From Hydrolagus colliei (Eukaryota), in the NCBI GenBank assembly GCA_035084275.1, contig CM068756.1, positions 6,200,001 through 6,264,000 on the forward strand: a stretch of DNA of 64,000 nt. The letters run 5' to 3'. The notes beneath the pieces were generated by a model. It was not told the DNA's origin, ran no database searches, and saw only the letters and a list, made by a program, of their open reading frames with translations. The translations under genes were made by a program, and so were the position numbers. Positions within the stretch are counted from its first letter, which is position 1. Each line of letters opens with the position of its first letter. Below, piece by piece: positions 12,991 through 26,197 of this stretch.

Positions 12991-14771
12991 CAGTATTGTA
13001 CTGGCCCTAGCATCATACTTGTTATGATCAGCTAACTAATACGACCGCCTCCTACAGCAAGTTGTACAGAGTATGTACTCATTGCACCATCAAAGTGTTG
13101 CATCTACTTGTGCATCACACATAGTAATGTACCAAAAACTGTTTCTTCTCTGCCATTAGTTATATTCAGTACAAACACTATAAATAGCCCCAATTTAGTT
13201 AAGGAATAAATTCCATTATGTGGGAACGAAGGCAATAAAAGCTGAATGTGCTGGAGAAGCGCCAAAGTTTCAGATCAAGTTTATACAGTAGTGTGGGAAG
13301 CCTATATGCCAAATATAGATTTTAAGACTGTTTAAGAGAACCACCCGGCTCCCCAAACCCCCCAAAAAAGTCACGTTAGAGCAGTAATGCTTTACTGGAC
13401 AAGGGAGAGTGTTGAATTTGGTATCCGCACTAGCTATTTGCTTTTTGCTTCTTAATTTCACAATAGATGCAACATTCACACAAGCCACACAATATTCACA
13501 TAGTTGGCTCCATTTTAACACAGCGCACCCATAACAATGACTGCCAGTCAACGTTTCCAGGTCATTAGGTCTCTGCTGATGCCTCTTTCTGTCCACTGCA
13601 CATGTGGAGCTTGCATCAAGCTGGCAACAGCTCTTGTTGCAACCATTGCTGAGAAATTACTGGATGCTGGTGGTCCATCAATAAGAAATAATTTGCTCTG
13701 TCAAAAACTCCTCGTTTCATTAAGTGGATCATCCCAAAACAAAATTTGACTTTATTTATCTTCCCTGGGTTATGAATTGATGCTAAAACTGGAGAAATGA
13801 ATAAGCAAATTATACTTAATATGCATCCATAGTAACCAACAGCAGGTCAAACAGCACATATTTATAAATTAAGTTGTTTATTTACAAACCATTTATTGTC
13901 TTAGCTCTGAGACAACTGTCTTTAAATTTATGATCATACTGACTTTTAAAAAATTCTTAAATTTCAGGCCACAGTTCTGCAGAGGCAAATCTGCCAGCAA
14001 TACTGCCCCCAATAAGTAGATGTTACTTCAACTGCACAGAAGGATTGCCCCAATATTGTTCTACAAAGGCAACACAATAAATTTCTGCACTTCAGCGCAT
14101 CATTGTGCAATCAGATGTATTATCAGATACATAATCTGTGAACTGAACCAGCCTGTAGTCTTACTGGCCTGGCTCCACATTGCACTTGTGTGAGACTAAC
14201 ACATTGTGGTGGTTCAGTTTATACCAGTGCAGTGCCCCACAGCTCCCAGCAGATGCAGTTCACCTCTGGGACCGTATTTCAGCAGATGTCCACAAAGCAC
14301 CAGTCCCCATAGCACAGTATAACCATGGCACTATCAGGCAGTTAAAGGCTATTAACCAATTTCAGCTCACTAAAAAAAATCTGAGACATTAACCTCTGTG
14401 CTACTGATGTAACCTGAGGTTTGGGTTTGGCTTTAGGGGTCAGCTTCTGACAGCTCAGATCTGACATGAAAACTAAGTGGTTTACTTGAGGTTCTCGCAG
14501 CTGAACTAGGTCTTGCAGTCAGTCCCGCTGCTCCCTGGTAAACCAGGCAGAGATGCCTGCTGTAGATGTTTAATTCCCATTCCTGAGTCAAAATTAACCT
14601 GATTGCTATTTAAATGACAGCAGCAGAAGTGTGTGTGGAGAAGGGAGTAGAAAAGGCAAAGCAGCAAAGTTGCCAAGTGTTCAGGTAGAACTCCCAGCCT
14701 CTCTGTCATTGTTACTCAGCTCACATGGGCATTGAATGAAATCTAAGAGGGGCTGTACTGAGAGTGACACT

Positions 14772-15005
14772 CAACAACAACAACTTGCATTGATTATAGC
14801 GCCCTTCATGAGGAGTGCTGTCTCAAGAGCGTTTCAAGAATGGCGGAGCGTGATGCTGGAGGAGGTGACCACAGTCGAAGTCAGTACAGTCGAAGAGGAA
14901 GGCGATGTAAAAGAGGGGAAGGAGGAAGAGTTGAGGGACTAAGTTCCAAAGCTTTGGGGCGTCACGGCTGAAAGCACAGCTGCCTATGGTGGAGCGGAAG
15001 GGAGC
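14772..15005 (-). mobile_element. L2 LINE 3' end
   Basis: Minus strand reads STIGSCAFSRDAPKLWNL, followed by the stem-loop tail ending TGCAAG(TTG)n. Confidence 0.85.
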
Positions 15006-15837
15006 TCAGGTAGCAGGCAGCCCCTGCACTGGCAGGTCACTGTACAGCATTCTGCGTCCCCATACTCAGCAGATGACAGCAGGTCACATTCTCGTTCACT
15101 TTAAGGGCAGGCTATTGGCACATTGGGCGTCTTTTGTTATGTGGCAATGTGTCGTAGCAAGAGGTTACAGGGTCACCTTTTGATCACTGGCACATACTCC
15201 AACTTGGGGGGAAAAAAACACGTTCACGATTCCACTTGTTTCATACGTTAATAGCAAAACCCCCTGCATGGTCCACTTTGCTCTCAAATATAACTTACTC
15301 TTAAGTGACTTTATCTTAAGTGGAGCGGCCTGTAACTTTATTCCCTTATGGCTACAAGCTTACAAATGTGTGAACCCTTTCAAGTCTCTGATGGTAATAT
15401 GATCAGACTATAAATGGTATTTTTATTCTGAATTGGACTGGTCCTTGCTGTATTGGACTCCCTGTGGATTTTGTATATAATCTAATATTATACAGTACTT
15501 GAAATGGACAGTTATATTCGTTTTGGTTTTATGATGGTATTTTTTGCAACACTTCAAAGGAGAGGAAATTGATTTTTTTTTGGCTTCTTCAAAGAAAACC
15601 ATGCTAGTGAAACAAACTTTACATTGTTTTCTTCATTATCTCGCTATTTTTGTCATATTTCAACTTATATCATATAATTTTCATCAATGCAATAGGTCGG
15701 TGTACCGATGTGTACTGGATTGTGTAGCTCAGGGTGTATGGAATCTGTCGAATCTATGTTACAACAGAATTCAACACAAACACCAGAAAATAGCCAAATA
15801 AATTTCACCTACTTACACTATCTGGAGTATATAATGT

Positions 15838-16291
15838 AATAATAATAAAAGAATTTCATATAGCAACTTATTACCCCATCAAACAACTCAAAGCGCTTCA
15901 CAGTAATTACTGTAAAGTGGCTGTATTTGTTGGCATCAAACAGCAGCCATTTGCTGTGTCCATTTGCTCGCAATGTCCCACAACTAGCCATGAAATGACC
16001 AATTGTATCTGAGAGATTGGACTCCATTCTCCCCGACGTGAAAGGCGCTATACAAATATAATTTTGCTGTTGTTTTTGAATAGTGCCATGAAATCTTTAA
16101 TGTCCATCTGAACAGGCAGCAAGGAACTCAGTTTAATGCCTCACCTGAAGGTTGGCATCTCTGATAATAAGACACTTCCCCAGCACTCCATTGGATCAGC
16201 CCAGACGATAAGATCAATGTCGCTACATGGGGTTTGAACCCACAACCTTCTGGTTCAGAGGCGAGAAAGTTACAATTGAAGCTGACTGACA
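15838..16291 (-). mobile_element. Deu-domain SINE, near full length, with a nested antisense tail
   Basis: Reverse tRNA head (TTTGAACCCACAACCTTCTG...AGAGGCGAGA), reverse Deu core (AATAGTGCCATG...TCCATCTGAACAGGCAG), reverse tail CTCAAAGCGCTTCACAG. Confidence 0.85.
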
Positions 16292-17018
16292 CCCAGACAT
16301 GGAAAAAAAATCCTCCCATTTTCGGAGCAGCAAAATTTATTTTTACAATGGCTAAATTCCATCTTGGTCGAGTTTGGCCTTCTATTTTTATGGGGTTCAG
16401 AATGTCCAGGGTTTGAGAACTTTTCCTTCTGAACTTTAAAGTCATTTCCCTGCACTTCTTAACAAAAGAAATTCACAGCTTCAAAATTAGAGGATTTATT
16501 TAAGAAGTTGATAAATTCTGGGTGCCCTGAAAGGCAACACAATTCAAGAACCAGGTGGGATTTTTCCTCAGCGATCTGACAATTCTCTGGCCTACACACA
16601 GGTGGGCTGAGCCACCAAAGTAGTGTTAATATCATCTCCAGAGACACTGCTACTTCCCAAGGCATCTTGTAGCCTCCGGAGGCAGCAGGTTGCCTTGTTT
16701 ATTTCGTAGCAAATGGTTTGATTTTGTTTCTTGCGCTTGTGTAAATATGTGCTGCCATGTGTACGACAGGACACTGCATCGGTGTTACATGTTCTGTGTA
16801 ACAATGACAGGGCTTGAATGATTGTGGCTGATAAAAAGATTGATTTGGTGGCTGACCCAAGCTCACTTTGTACTGATGTGCATCTGAATCAATAACAGCA
16901 CAGAATCTATCCTTGATGTGCTGCATGCATGAAATTTGCTTGATTTACATTTTCACCCAGAAGTTAGGTTTCAGCTCATATCAAATAAAAACATAATTTC
17001 CTTTACCTGCTTTTCCAT

Positions 17019-17044
17019 TGGGGGTGGGGCGGGGGTGGGGGGGG
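17019..17044 (+). repeat. G-rich tract able to form a G-quadruplex
   Basis: Four G runs of at least 4 nt separated by single bases. Confidence 0.5.
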
Positions 17045-17045
17045 T

Positions 17046-17401
17046 CTCAAAGTGCAACAAGATTTACTGTACAGTGTAAGGACTGTGTGGTTGGTGGACA
17101 GACACAGAAATCAATTTGCCATGAATGAATGACGCATTTTATTTGGAGGATTGTTGACCTGGACGCTGGGAGAAATTCTCCCCTCTTTTTGAATAGTGTG
17201 GAATATTTAACCTCCATCTGAACAGGCATTACATTTTCGTTTAACATCTCATCCAAATAATGGCACCTCTGATTGTACATTCCCCTATCCCCCAGCACTA
17301 TATTGGAGTGACTGTCTAGACTGTGGGCTCCAAGTCCCAACGTAAGGTTTAACACCACAATTTGCTGACTCAGGTGTGAGAGCATTATCGACTGAGCCAG
17401 T
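17046..17401 (-). mobile_element. Deu-domain SINE
   Basis: Reverse Deu core (CCTCCATCTGAACAGGC...TTTAACATCTCATCC...GGCACCTCTGA) and reverse tRNA head ending ACTGAGCCA. Confidence 0.85.
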
Positions 17402-18489
17402 AATCTCCTAACACAGGATGCTGGTCAGAAGCACATTGGAACCAGGTAAAAAATATTATTGCAAATTAATTTATACTGTACAATATTTCTATCCGTAAGC
17501 GATCGTGGATCTAAAAACTGCTGTGTGCTGAAAGAGAGCATTTGCACAGTGAAAGAGTAATCCGGCATTGAAAGGGTTAATTTGTGCGGAAACAGACCAC
17601 TGTATAATGTTCTTATTTGTAAAGCACAAGCAAGACAATTGGACATGAAACAAGCCTGCAATGCAACAGATGGTTACCAGCAAGTGCTGGTCACTTAGTT
17701 CAAATTGACAAAAGCATTTAGGTTCCTTAAATTGCCAGTTGAAGGCTGTGGTTTAACAGCGCTGCTTCAAGAGATGCACATACATACAGCACAACCTTGC
17801 GTTTCAGTGTTGGTTCACTGCCATCACTCAGTGAAAAATTCAGCAGCACCAGTTATTAGCCATTCAAGAAAAGAAATTCAATCCTTCCCAGGGCTGAAAA
17901 AAAAATGGATGGGGGAAAATAAGCAGCTTCACTGAAACAGAAGCTAAAATGTTCTAATTTGCTCCATTTTCACAATGGGTTTTATTGCGTGGACCTGAAA
18001 GGTTTTCACAGTAATGTTAGTAATTTTGATAGCCTCATTGATACCCCTTTCCAATGATCAAACTACCTTACTTCAAGAACATAATTCATTACATGAAGAA
18101 CAGAATGTTGAAGAAAAAGTTTTCAACAGAAGATCACAGCCAATGTGATCGTCGGTAATGACAAGCTTGAGTAATTACAATTTTTAAAAAATGATCACAG
18201 CTGTGGTTCAGAATTTAGCCCCAGGGCTATTTTTTAAACAAGGATCTGTATTGTAGCTGGCAGAGTCAAATAAGAATATTTAAGAAACTTGCGCAGGATT
18301 TCTTAACCCAAGAGTTTGTACCAACTTCTGAAATCTGGTTGACCAGAGAGAGAGAGACTTGTGCCCAAAGACAGCATTCTCTATTCCCGCAAAATACTAC
18401 AAATAAGGAAATAATAACTCCCCTTAGCCCGAAAAAATGATTTTTACACTTTCAGCCACATGTGTTGACCATTAAATCATAAAAAAAAG

Positions 18490-18793
18490 TCCTTGCATTT
18501 GATATAGCATCTTTCATTCAGAAGGACACCTCAAAGTGCTTCACAGGATTCATTGTAAAGCACAATAAATTTATTTTTTGTGGGTGAACGTGGCAGCCAA
18601 TATGCACACAACAGTGCCCCACAAACAGCCGCAAAGTGAGTGACCAGCCTTATCTGGCCAATTATTGGCCAGGACATCGGGAAAACTCTTTTCGAATAGC
18701 AGGATGGGATTGTTAACGTGCAAGTGAAGGGGCAGAAGGCACTTTGATTGAATCCCCAAAAACGGCACCTCCCAATGCACTATACTGGAGTGT
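18490..18793 (-). mobile_element. Deu-domain SINE, 5'-truncated
   Basis: CCTTGCATTTGATATAGC tail, GGCAGCCAATATGCACAC, TTGGCCAGGACATCGGGA, ACGGCACCTCC. Confidence 0.85.
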
Positions 18794-19154
18794 ATTAAAT
18801 TTGTAGCACAACAGGAGTTAATTTATACTCCACATTTTGTGGGGCACATAAGAACGCGTTGACATTTCATTATTCAAGCACAGGGATTACAATCACAATA
18901 GGAACACGCCCCAAAGTTTGAATGTTACAATTCGGATCTGGAGTGATCTCAGACTTGCTAAAAATCCCTCTTTAACTATAAAGAAGCTCACGGGTGAGGG
19001 GTGTCCTGAAACCAAGATGCAGTCAGGTTTCTTTTTCGGGTTCATTTAGAGCTTTGTTATAAATTGATTTTCAAAAAGATGTGCACTTCAACTTTTACAA
19101 CCAATGGCAATGTGGGATCAAGGATGCACTCATCGAAGCTGCAGCAGGCAAATA

Positions 19155-19287
19155 CAGATATATATAATATATATTTATATAACCTATTATATATAATATA
19201 TATTTATATAAATATAATATACTGCATATATTTATACAAATATAGATATATTTATATAGATATATATTCAGACATATACAAATATCA
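19155..19287. repeat. Degenerate (TA)n tract
   Basis: Interrupted TATATA runs seen directly. Confidence 0.85.
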
Positions 19288-20469
19288 GCAAATACTGATC
19301 AGAGTACACTCGCAAGCTCCCTTGCTATTATTCTAATCAATAATACTCATTGTTGTCACTATTGTACAGTATTGCAAAAGGTATTCTAATAATAATTTTC
19401 TGTACCACCTTCATACAAAGACGAATTTCCTTTTTAGCTTTTGAGCTGTCTCATAGAGCTTTATTTTTGGAGATGGAATGCTATGAATATTGTCCCCGAG
19501 AGAAACCTGAAGTGTTACAAAGCCCTTGTTATGTTTTATTTGTTAGGGGGGCATTGGTTGCAATGTTTTCGAAAAAGCTATTCTTATTCCGAGAGTAGGT
19601 TTGCACCGTTTAAGTAAACGTGGTGCTCAGATAACCTGAGGCACAAGTGCTGTTCTGTTTCATGCGAAAGTTTATTTGCAATGAATGTGAAGAAGCTTCC
19701 TTATCTCTGCTGAGATAACCGTGGACAAATCTTTTCCTTTTGTGTGAATTACAATGAAAAACAGATGCTTTCTGATTTAGTGTGTGCAGGTGGTGATAGG
19801 AACTCCGTTGGTACTGGGTGCATGCTGTTACACAACAAACAGCTGTCTCCCTGTTCCAGCACCAGGTCGAAGCATAATTCACCCAGAGTATAGTGTGTTC
19901 TGGGAGGAAGGGGGGCAAAATCAAATAAATATGTTATCCAGTATTTCTCTCCAGTAGTTTATTTTTTAATTGGGTCAATTTAATTTTTATTCATTTAACA
20001 TTGGCACCCCAAATCTGTGTGTTTTGGCTGGCTATAGAATCTGTGAACAGATTGTCACTGCAATATTTTGAAAAGCTTTTTACAAAATCAATCACCAAAA
20101 CAGCAAAAACACTCATTGAGAGAATGTTTCAAAACAGTTTGCGAAGAGAAGAGTGAGAGCCAGGGCTGAGGGGAAGATGGGGAGGAGGGAGGTGGCAAAG
20201 ATGCGGTGAAACAGACAGATCTATTTAGAAAGGTTTCAAAGCAGAGCGACAGAGAGATGTGGCGAGGCTGAGGAATGTGAGAAAAGAGTTCCGGCGGGTG
20301 GGAAATAATAGGATGAAGCAATCAGACAGTTTGAAATAGGCCTCACTGCGTTCATTCTGTACACTGTCCTACAGCAGGGCAGCAGGGTGGAGTGCACTTT
20401 AAACAGAAGAGAGCAATAACAACAAGGGAGTTCAAGAGCATCAATGCCCCAAGTGGTAAGCTAAGCTCT

Positions 20470-20580
20470 GGGTGCTGGAAATCAGAAACTCAAACAGAAA
20501 TCGATAGAAATCCACAGCATGTCAACCAGTGTCTGAAAAGAATAATGCATTAACGTTTCAGGTAAGAACTCATTCTTAAG
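20470..20580 (+). mobile_element. Decayed single arm of the fold-back element family seen at 59700
   Basis: TGCTGGAAATCAGAAA...AAACAGAAA...CACAGCATGTCA...TTAACGTTTCAGG is collinear with 59712-59802. Confidence 0.55.
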
Positions 20581-20744
20581 CTCTAATAGTTAACCTAGCG
20601 TTGAATCCCGCTTCAAGCAGGCGTCCCTGGGAACCAATTTCTTCTATTAGTTGGGTTGTGGAGGAATGAGCCAGAAAGCTGTACATTTTCTGTACAGCAT
20701 TATTCGTATGTATAGATAGGTCTGCGGACTGGGCCCTTACTCTC

Positions 20745-21018
20745 TCCTTTTTAGGTGGGCATTAGACTGAAGCCCCCACCTGCCTGTTTTCAGATGACTG
20801 TCAATGATCCCATAGCACTATTAGACACGAGAAGTTTCTCCCGGTGACTTAGCCAACAATCTTCCAGATGAATTGGTTATTCGCGGCTATATGTAGTAGT
20901 ACCTTGCTGGTGCAATTGACATTTGCTCACAAAAAGCAGTCTCTACACTTGACAGCAATTAACCGTGAAGCGCTTAGAGGCATTTTTACGTAAAACGTGG
21001 CTATAATAATGCAAGTAC
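20745..21018 (+). mobile_element. Deu-domain SINE, partial
   Basis: CTGCCTGTTTTCAGATG...GATCCCATAGCACTATT...TTTCTCCCGGTG and tail GTGAAGCGCTT...AATGCAAG. Confidence 0.75.
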
Positions 21019-23644
21019 TTCCTTTAACAGCGGAACAGCAAAGATGGACATTATAAAAAAAAACATAAAACTGCCAAGCCATAAAAGTGAAAATGAAAAA
21101 TGTCTTCAGAGTATAAAATCCCATCCTGCTATCTGGTACAAACAAGTACTGTATGTGATATAAACCTGGCTTTAAAGAGTGTTCTTTGTCATCTAAAACG
21201 TGGATTTCTAAATCTCATTTCCTGTACCAGGGGGCTCAGTTCTAATTAGTGTTCAGCTGCCTTCAATTGGCACATCTCATTCAGTTTTAATGGAATGCAT
21301 CAACTTATTTCCGCATCATGGAGCTTTCGTTGCCCCTCAGCCCACTTTTGTTTGAAGAGGGGCAAGCAGCCAACTTTGATCCAATCTTGACCCACTTGGG
21401 CACGAGGAGAGATTCTGAATGCATCATACGTCCCCTGTAAAGCTGAATTTCTGTGTTTGGTAATTTTTACTGAGGGGTCTAATATACGGCAGTTTCCAAC
21501 AGGACCTCTCAATGAGGAAATCTGAGTGAGGGCTCATTTTCCTGAAACCGGAAGGACATTGTACCGACCCATGGGAACTCTGCTCGGAGAGATTGTCAGA
21601 ATGTAGTTCCCATGTGTCACTGTGATGCATCTCTGTTTTACTTATTAAGGAATCACATGGTGTATTTAGACCCTAATGTATTGATATGAATGTCCCCCAA
21701 ATAAGATGATTTGTCTTATGTGTTTACATTTCCTCTCAGTACCCTACCCTCTGCAGTCTGTCATCAAAAGGGATATAAAAAAATCAGTTTATCTTGTTAA
21801 GATCTTGTTAAGTGTTATTAAAGAGGAGTTCTTAAAGGTACTATATAACTGTCAAATAGTAAGCATTCAACTCCAGGTTAAATGATATTGCCGGACAGTA
21901 ATATCAATGGCAAGTTATGCTGTTTTAGCTGGTTAAGACTCCGGCAGTTACCCAATGCACACTCTGAAGTCACGAAGCCTTGGCTTTTGCCGACCTGTAC
22001 GTAATACTTTCCGGAATTAGGTAAGCAAATTGCATCCCTCCAGGGAGAGAGAGAATGCATTCCATTCCAACAATCTATCTCGGGGATTTCCATGTTGTAG
22101 ATGGGATGCGGTTTTGTTTGGATACTCTTAAGCACAGGATGGGTTGTCAAACACCGAGCTGACCAAGCACTTTGAGACGTCCTGAAGACGCAATAACTCT
22201 TGTCAAAATGCACACTGCAACTCTTTTGCTGCCTTTTATACAGCAGACTTTTTAGCCTTAGGTGCATGTAAAAAGGTCGACAGTCTGGCACGATCAATTA
22301 AAATGAACAGAAGTTTATTGAGCAGTCCAGTGCTACTGGTGTTTGCATGTTTTGTGGGCTTTGCATCCCCCATTTGTGTACTAGGAACATCTTGGTTATG
22401 CATCTGTCCAATGAGGCGCTTCCTAATCGAAGGCATAGTTTGTAGAGGTGGGTGGGGAATTAGCTGTGACCATGCAGAAGCCTGCTGCCTGTGTCTACAA
22501 CTGAGTCTGATGGAGTTACAACACTGCTCAGTATTTGCATTGGACTCTGTGCAGTGCACATGCTGATACTTTTACAGGGTTATGTAAAAGCACACAACAG
22601 CCTCTAAAGGCAGTGTCTGTTGGCTGAGCTTGTGCCTCTCATGAATTGGGTCTTGGCCCCATCATTCATATTGCAGTACTATGCAATCATGAGAGGTGCT
22701 CCTGTTCTGACTACGTGAACTTTGCACACTGCAGGTGTGTCCACGTGCTCAATGGCAAACTCTATTGCTGATATATCCAGTGCTCCTTTAAAGTACTCCT
22801 GTGAAAGGTAGTGCAGCATATCTGCACACTGGACTCCACCAAAATACCCAATGTCATCTGAGTGGACACAAGTGGCAAACTGCTGTAGCCTTTGAGGTCT
22901 ACAACCCCATCCAACTCAGTTACGCAACTTAGCCCCTACTGGACCTTTGCCTTGTAACATCTCACATCACTGCAAACCCTTCACCTAGTGGTCAGTGCTA
23001 CACCATGAGCTTCCTCAACAGGTTCACAGTTGATGGTCTGATTGACGTTGGGACTTTTCTGTGGTATTTATTTTTCTGTGGAGAAACAAAATGGTACATT
23101 ATTAGCACAAATAAATTGCACTGCTACACTGCTCTGTTGTGTATGCAAGTACTATGACTGGCTTGTGCACAGAGGTTTTGGATCATATAGTGCAATTCCT
23201 ATCATATCTGAATAATATGGTACTCACCAGCAAAGTGCTCTTCTATAGAATGTGCTCCTCCCAGAGAACACTTTGCCCATCCTCTCCAAAGTTTACCTTC
23301 CGGGCAATCCTACTCTGGCCTCCTTCTCGGTGAATCATTCTGCCCATTACACGGCTGGTATGTTTTCATTCATGCTAACAAAACACATTCTCACAGCAGT
23401 ATTTAGGAATGCTGACCCCCTGATCCGAGTTCCTTATGAACAAATTAGTTACATATACATATCTTCTAATTTCTCAGAGAAAAGGGTCATCGGGGTCAGT
23501 GTTTTAAAATATTGGTTATATAGGTTTTTTGTATACTTCATTACATAGTGCAAGTTTGTATTCATTCATCTTATTGGACACCAGGAAAAATAATGCACTA
23601 TTTACTGCCAGCAAAATTTCCATCTCAACCTTACAATGAGATTC

Positions 23645-23740
23645 AACAATAACAACAACAATTTTACATTTATATAGCATCTTTCATATCAGGAGGAAGT
23701 TCCAAAGTGCTTCACAGGAACGGTTGGGAGACTGAGCTCA
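23645..23740 (-). mobile_element. L2 3' tail
   Basis: (CAA)n followed by TACATTTATATAGCATCTTTCA...CCAAAGTGCTTCACAG. Confidence 0.75.
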
Positions 23741-23752
23741 GGATGAGCTCTC

Positions 23753-24152
23753 CAATCTGGTTTCTGTTCTTGTCCATAGTACAGAGACAACCTTAGTCAA
23801 AGTTACAAGTGGCATTCTGTCCATTTGTGACCACCTATTTCTAGATCTCTCCACTGCCTTTGACACTGTCAACCACTCTACTCTTCTCTGTTGCCTCTCC
23901 CCCTCAGCTCCTCTCCCCCTCAGCTGGTTTTCGCTTGTCTTATTTCGTTCTTACCGTTTCCACCCTCTCTACTTTGTATCTACCAATGGCTTCTCCTCCC
24001 TCCTCTTTAACTTGGGTCATCTTCCCATCCCCACTTGGCCTCCACCCCTCTTAATTTCAAACCCCAGCTCAGGTGCAAACCCTTCACTGTGCAAAGCCTT
24101 GGAACATCCTCCCAACGTGAAAAGGTGCTGTATCATTGAAATTTGTCGTTTT
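23753..24152 (+). mobile_element. L2 LINE with RT fragment, large internal deletion and 3' tail
   Basis: QSGF, then after a frameshift HSTETTLVKVTSGILSICDHLFLDLSTAFDTVNHSTLL, matching the L2 RT motif HSTETAL.KV.ND...LDLSAAFDTVDH. Tail CCTCCCAACGTGAAAAGGTGCT at about 24108. Confidence 0.9.
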
Positions 24153-24797
24153 TATCAGTGTTGTGGGGGAAAGCCATCTAAACAATCAGAGCATTATTGA
24201 TCCCTATTTTGTTTAATTAATTGTCAAACTAACTCACAGATCTGTGACCACCAACTGCCACATTGCTCACTTGTGACTCATTAATACAAAACAAAAGGCA
24301 GTTTGGAACTCTTCTACTGAAAGCTTCAAGTTATTATTTTCTGTTTACAAAGCAAAAACGTCCATCGCGGGAAAAAAAATTTGTTTACTAAAAACAGATG
24401 TTTCACAACTTGTGGACGATAATTGCAGAATTTCACAAACGTAGCTGCTTTCAAAGAATACGTGCAGCCTTTTTTCAAAAAAAGAAGTTGTGCAGTGTTG
24501 TGGCAAAACCCATCAGATGTCCTCTGTCAATGGTATTCTAATTACATGTTTGGCACAGGGAATGAGCCACATATGTCATTTTCATGCATAAGTCATGATG
24601 CCAAAGGGGAAATGAAACAAACTTCTGGGAAGAAGGAAAAGTAAATATATCAAAACCGATAGCAGTCCTGTGTTGTTGTCCCCACTCCCCCTCCACCATC
24701 ACCAACCCTACCCCCTCCACCTCCCCCCCACACCCACCACAAACAAAAATACATGCTTTGCACTTGAAAGTATCATCCTTCTTTGAGTAAACAAAAA

Positions 24798-25115
24798 GTG
24801 TCAGCCAGTTGGTTGGGGTTCGAGCCCCACATGGGAACTCTCATTGACTAGGCTGACACTCCAATGCAGTGTTGGGGGTGCTTTGTATGGCTGGAGACGC
24901 CATTCTTCACTTGGGATGCTAAACTGAGGTCTCCTCTGCCTGTTCAGATGGACTTTAAAGACTTCGTGGCACTATTTAAAAAGAGAAGGGAGTTTCTCCC
25001 ATTATCTTGTCTATTTTGTTTGACTATAAAATACACCACTGCAGTTTATAGTAAAGCCTGTGAAACACTTTAAGTCATCCTTCTGACATACTATAGCATA
25101 TGCAAGGATTATTAT
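24798..25115 (+). mobile_element. Deu-domain SINE
   Basis: B-box GGTTCGAGCCC, GGCTGACACTCCAATGCAGT, CTGCCTGTTCAGATGGAC...TGGCACTATTT, tail TGCAAGGATTATTATT. Confidence 0.85.
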
Positions 25116-26167
25116 TTATTGTTAAAAGCTAAAAGCTAATAGCTGAAGTTGGCTTATTGTCATTCACATAACCACATATTATTCATGTTAATGGATCATT
25201 ATTAACTTTGTTGACTTTTATCTTCCTTTAGAGGGTTATTGCTGCAAACGAAAAATGTCAACCACTTTTGGCTGCAAGTTTGAGAAATGTGCCTGTTTAA
25301 TATTTCCACCCTTAGCCCATACTAAAATTGGGCTTGAATGTTTCCAGAAGTCATCCTGCAAGAGTAATACTGGTGGTGTTACACAACACAAAGGACAGTA
25401 CAATGGCAAACTGCGCGAGTCAAAGTGGAGCAAAAGTCCACCAAAGAGAAAATTACTTACCATAACTTTGAATTAATCAGTCGGTTCACAGTGATCGTCC
25501 CCATGTCGTTTGACGCTTAAACATCTTCATGAAATAACTCCCATCACTTACGCTCTAACCCACTTAACCAAACTGGGTCCATTTCATTTCCCTATTATCC
25601 TTCCTAACGCATTGTATCGTTGGACACACAGATGAGTGCACAGACATAACAGGGCTTACCTTAGCAAATGAGCTGCATACTTGTTTTAGGACTGCGTGTC
25701 TGGTTGGAAAACACCAGTACGTGCTCCAGCTGAGCTTTCCACTGAAAGATTCTTGTGGGGGGCTGTTCCACTTGCCTATCATAAAAGGAAAAAAAATATA
25801 ATGATATGATGCAAAGTGAACTGCAACATATTCTCCAAATCACAGTGATATTTAGAGGTCAAGGAAATCCAACGGAAAAGGTTAAAGATGAAATAAAATC
25901 CAGCAAGTGAGAATGAAAATCTATCCTGAAGCAAGGCCGCTGATGACGTGTTCAAGACAAGAAGCTAAATACTGCATAGCACTGGGATCTTTCATTTTCA
26001 TCAGATCAATAAAAGCTTATATTTATCAGGATTCCAGGCAGCTGCCATTTCTGACAACCTTCACTTTTATTTCCCACGTCTCGTGTTAAAGCAGGGCAAA
26101 GAATAGAAAAGAAGCAACCTTCTATTCTACTCACACCTGAAGACACAGTTGCATTAAAAGCTTTTTT

Positions 26168-26197
26168 ATGTGTGTGTATGTGTATGTGCGTGTGTGT
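26168..26197. repeat. (TG)n microsatellite
   Basis: Seen directly. Confidence 0.8.
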
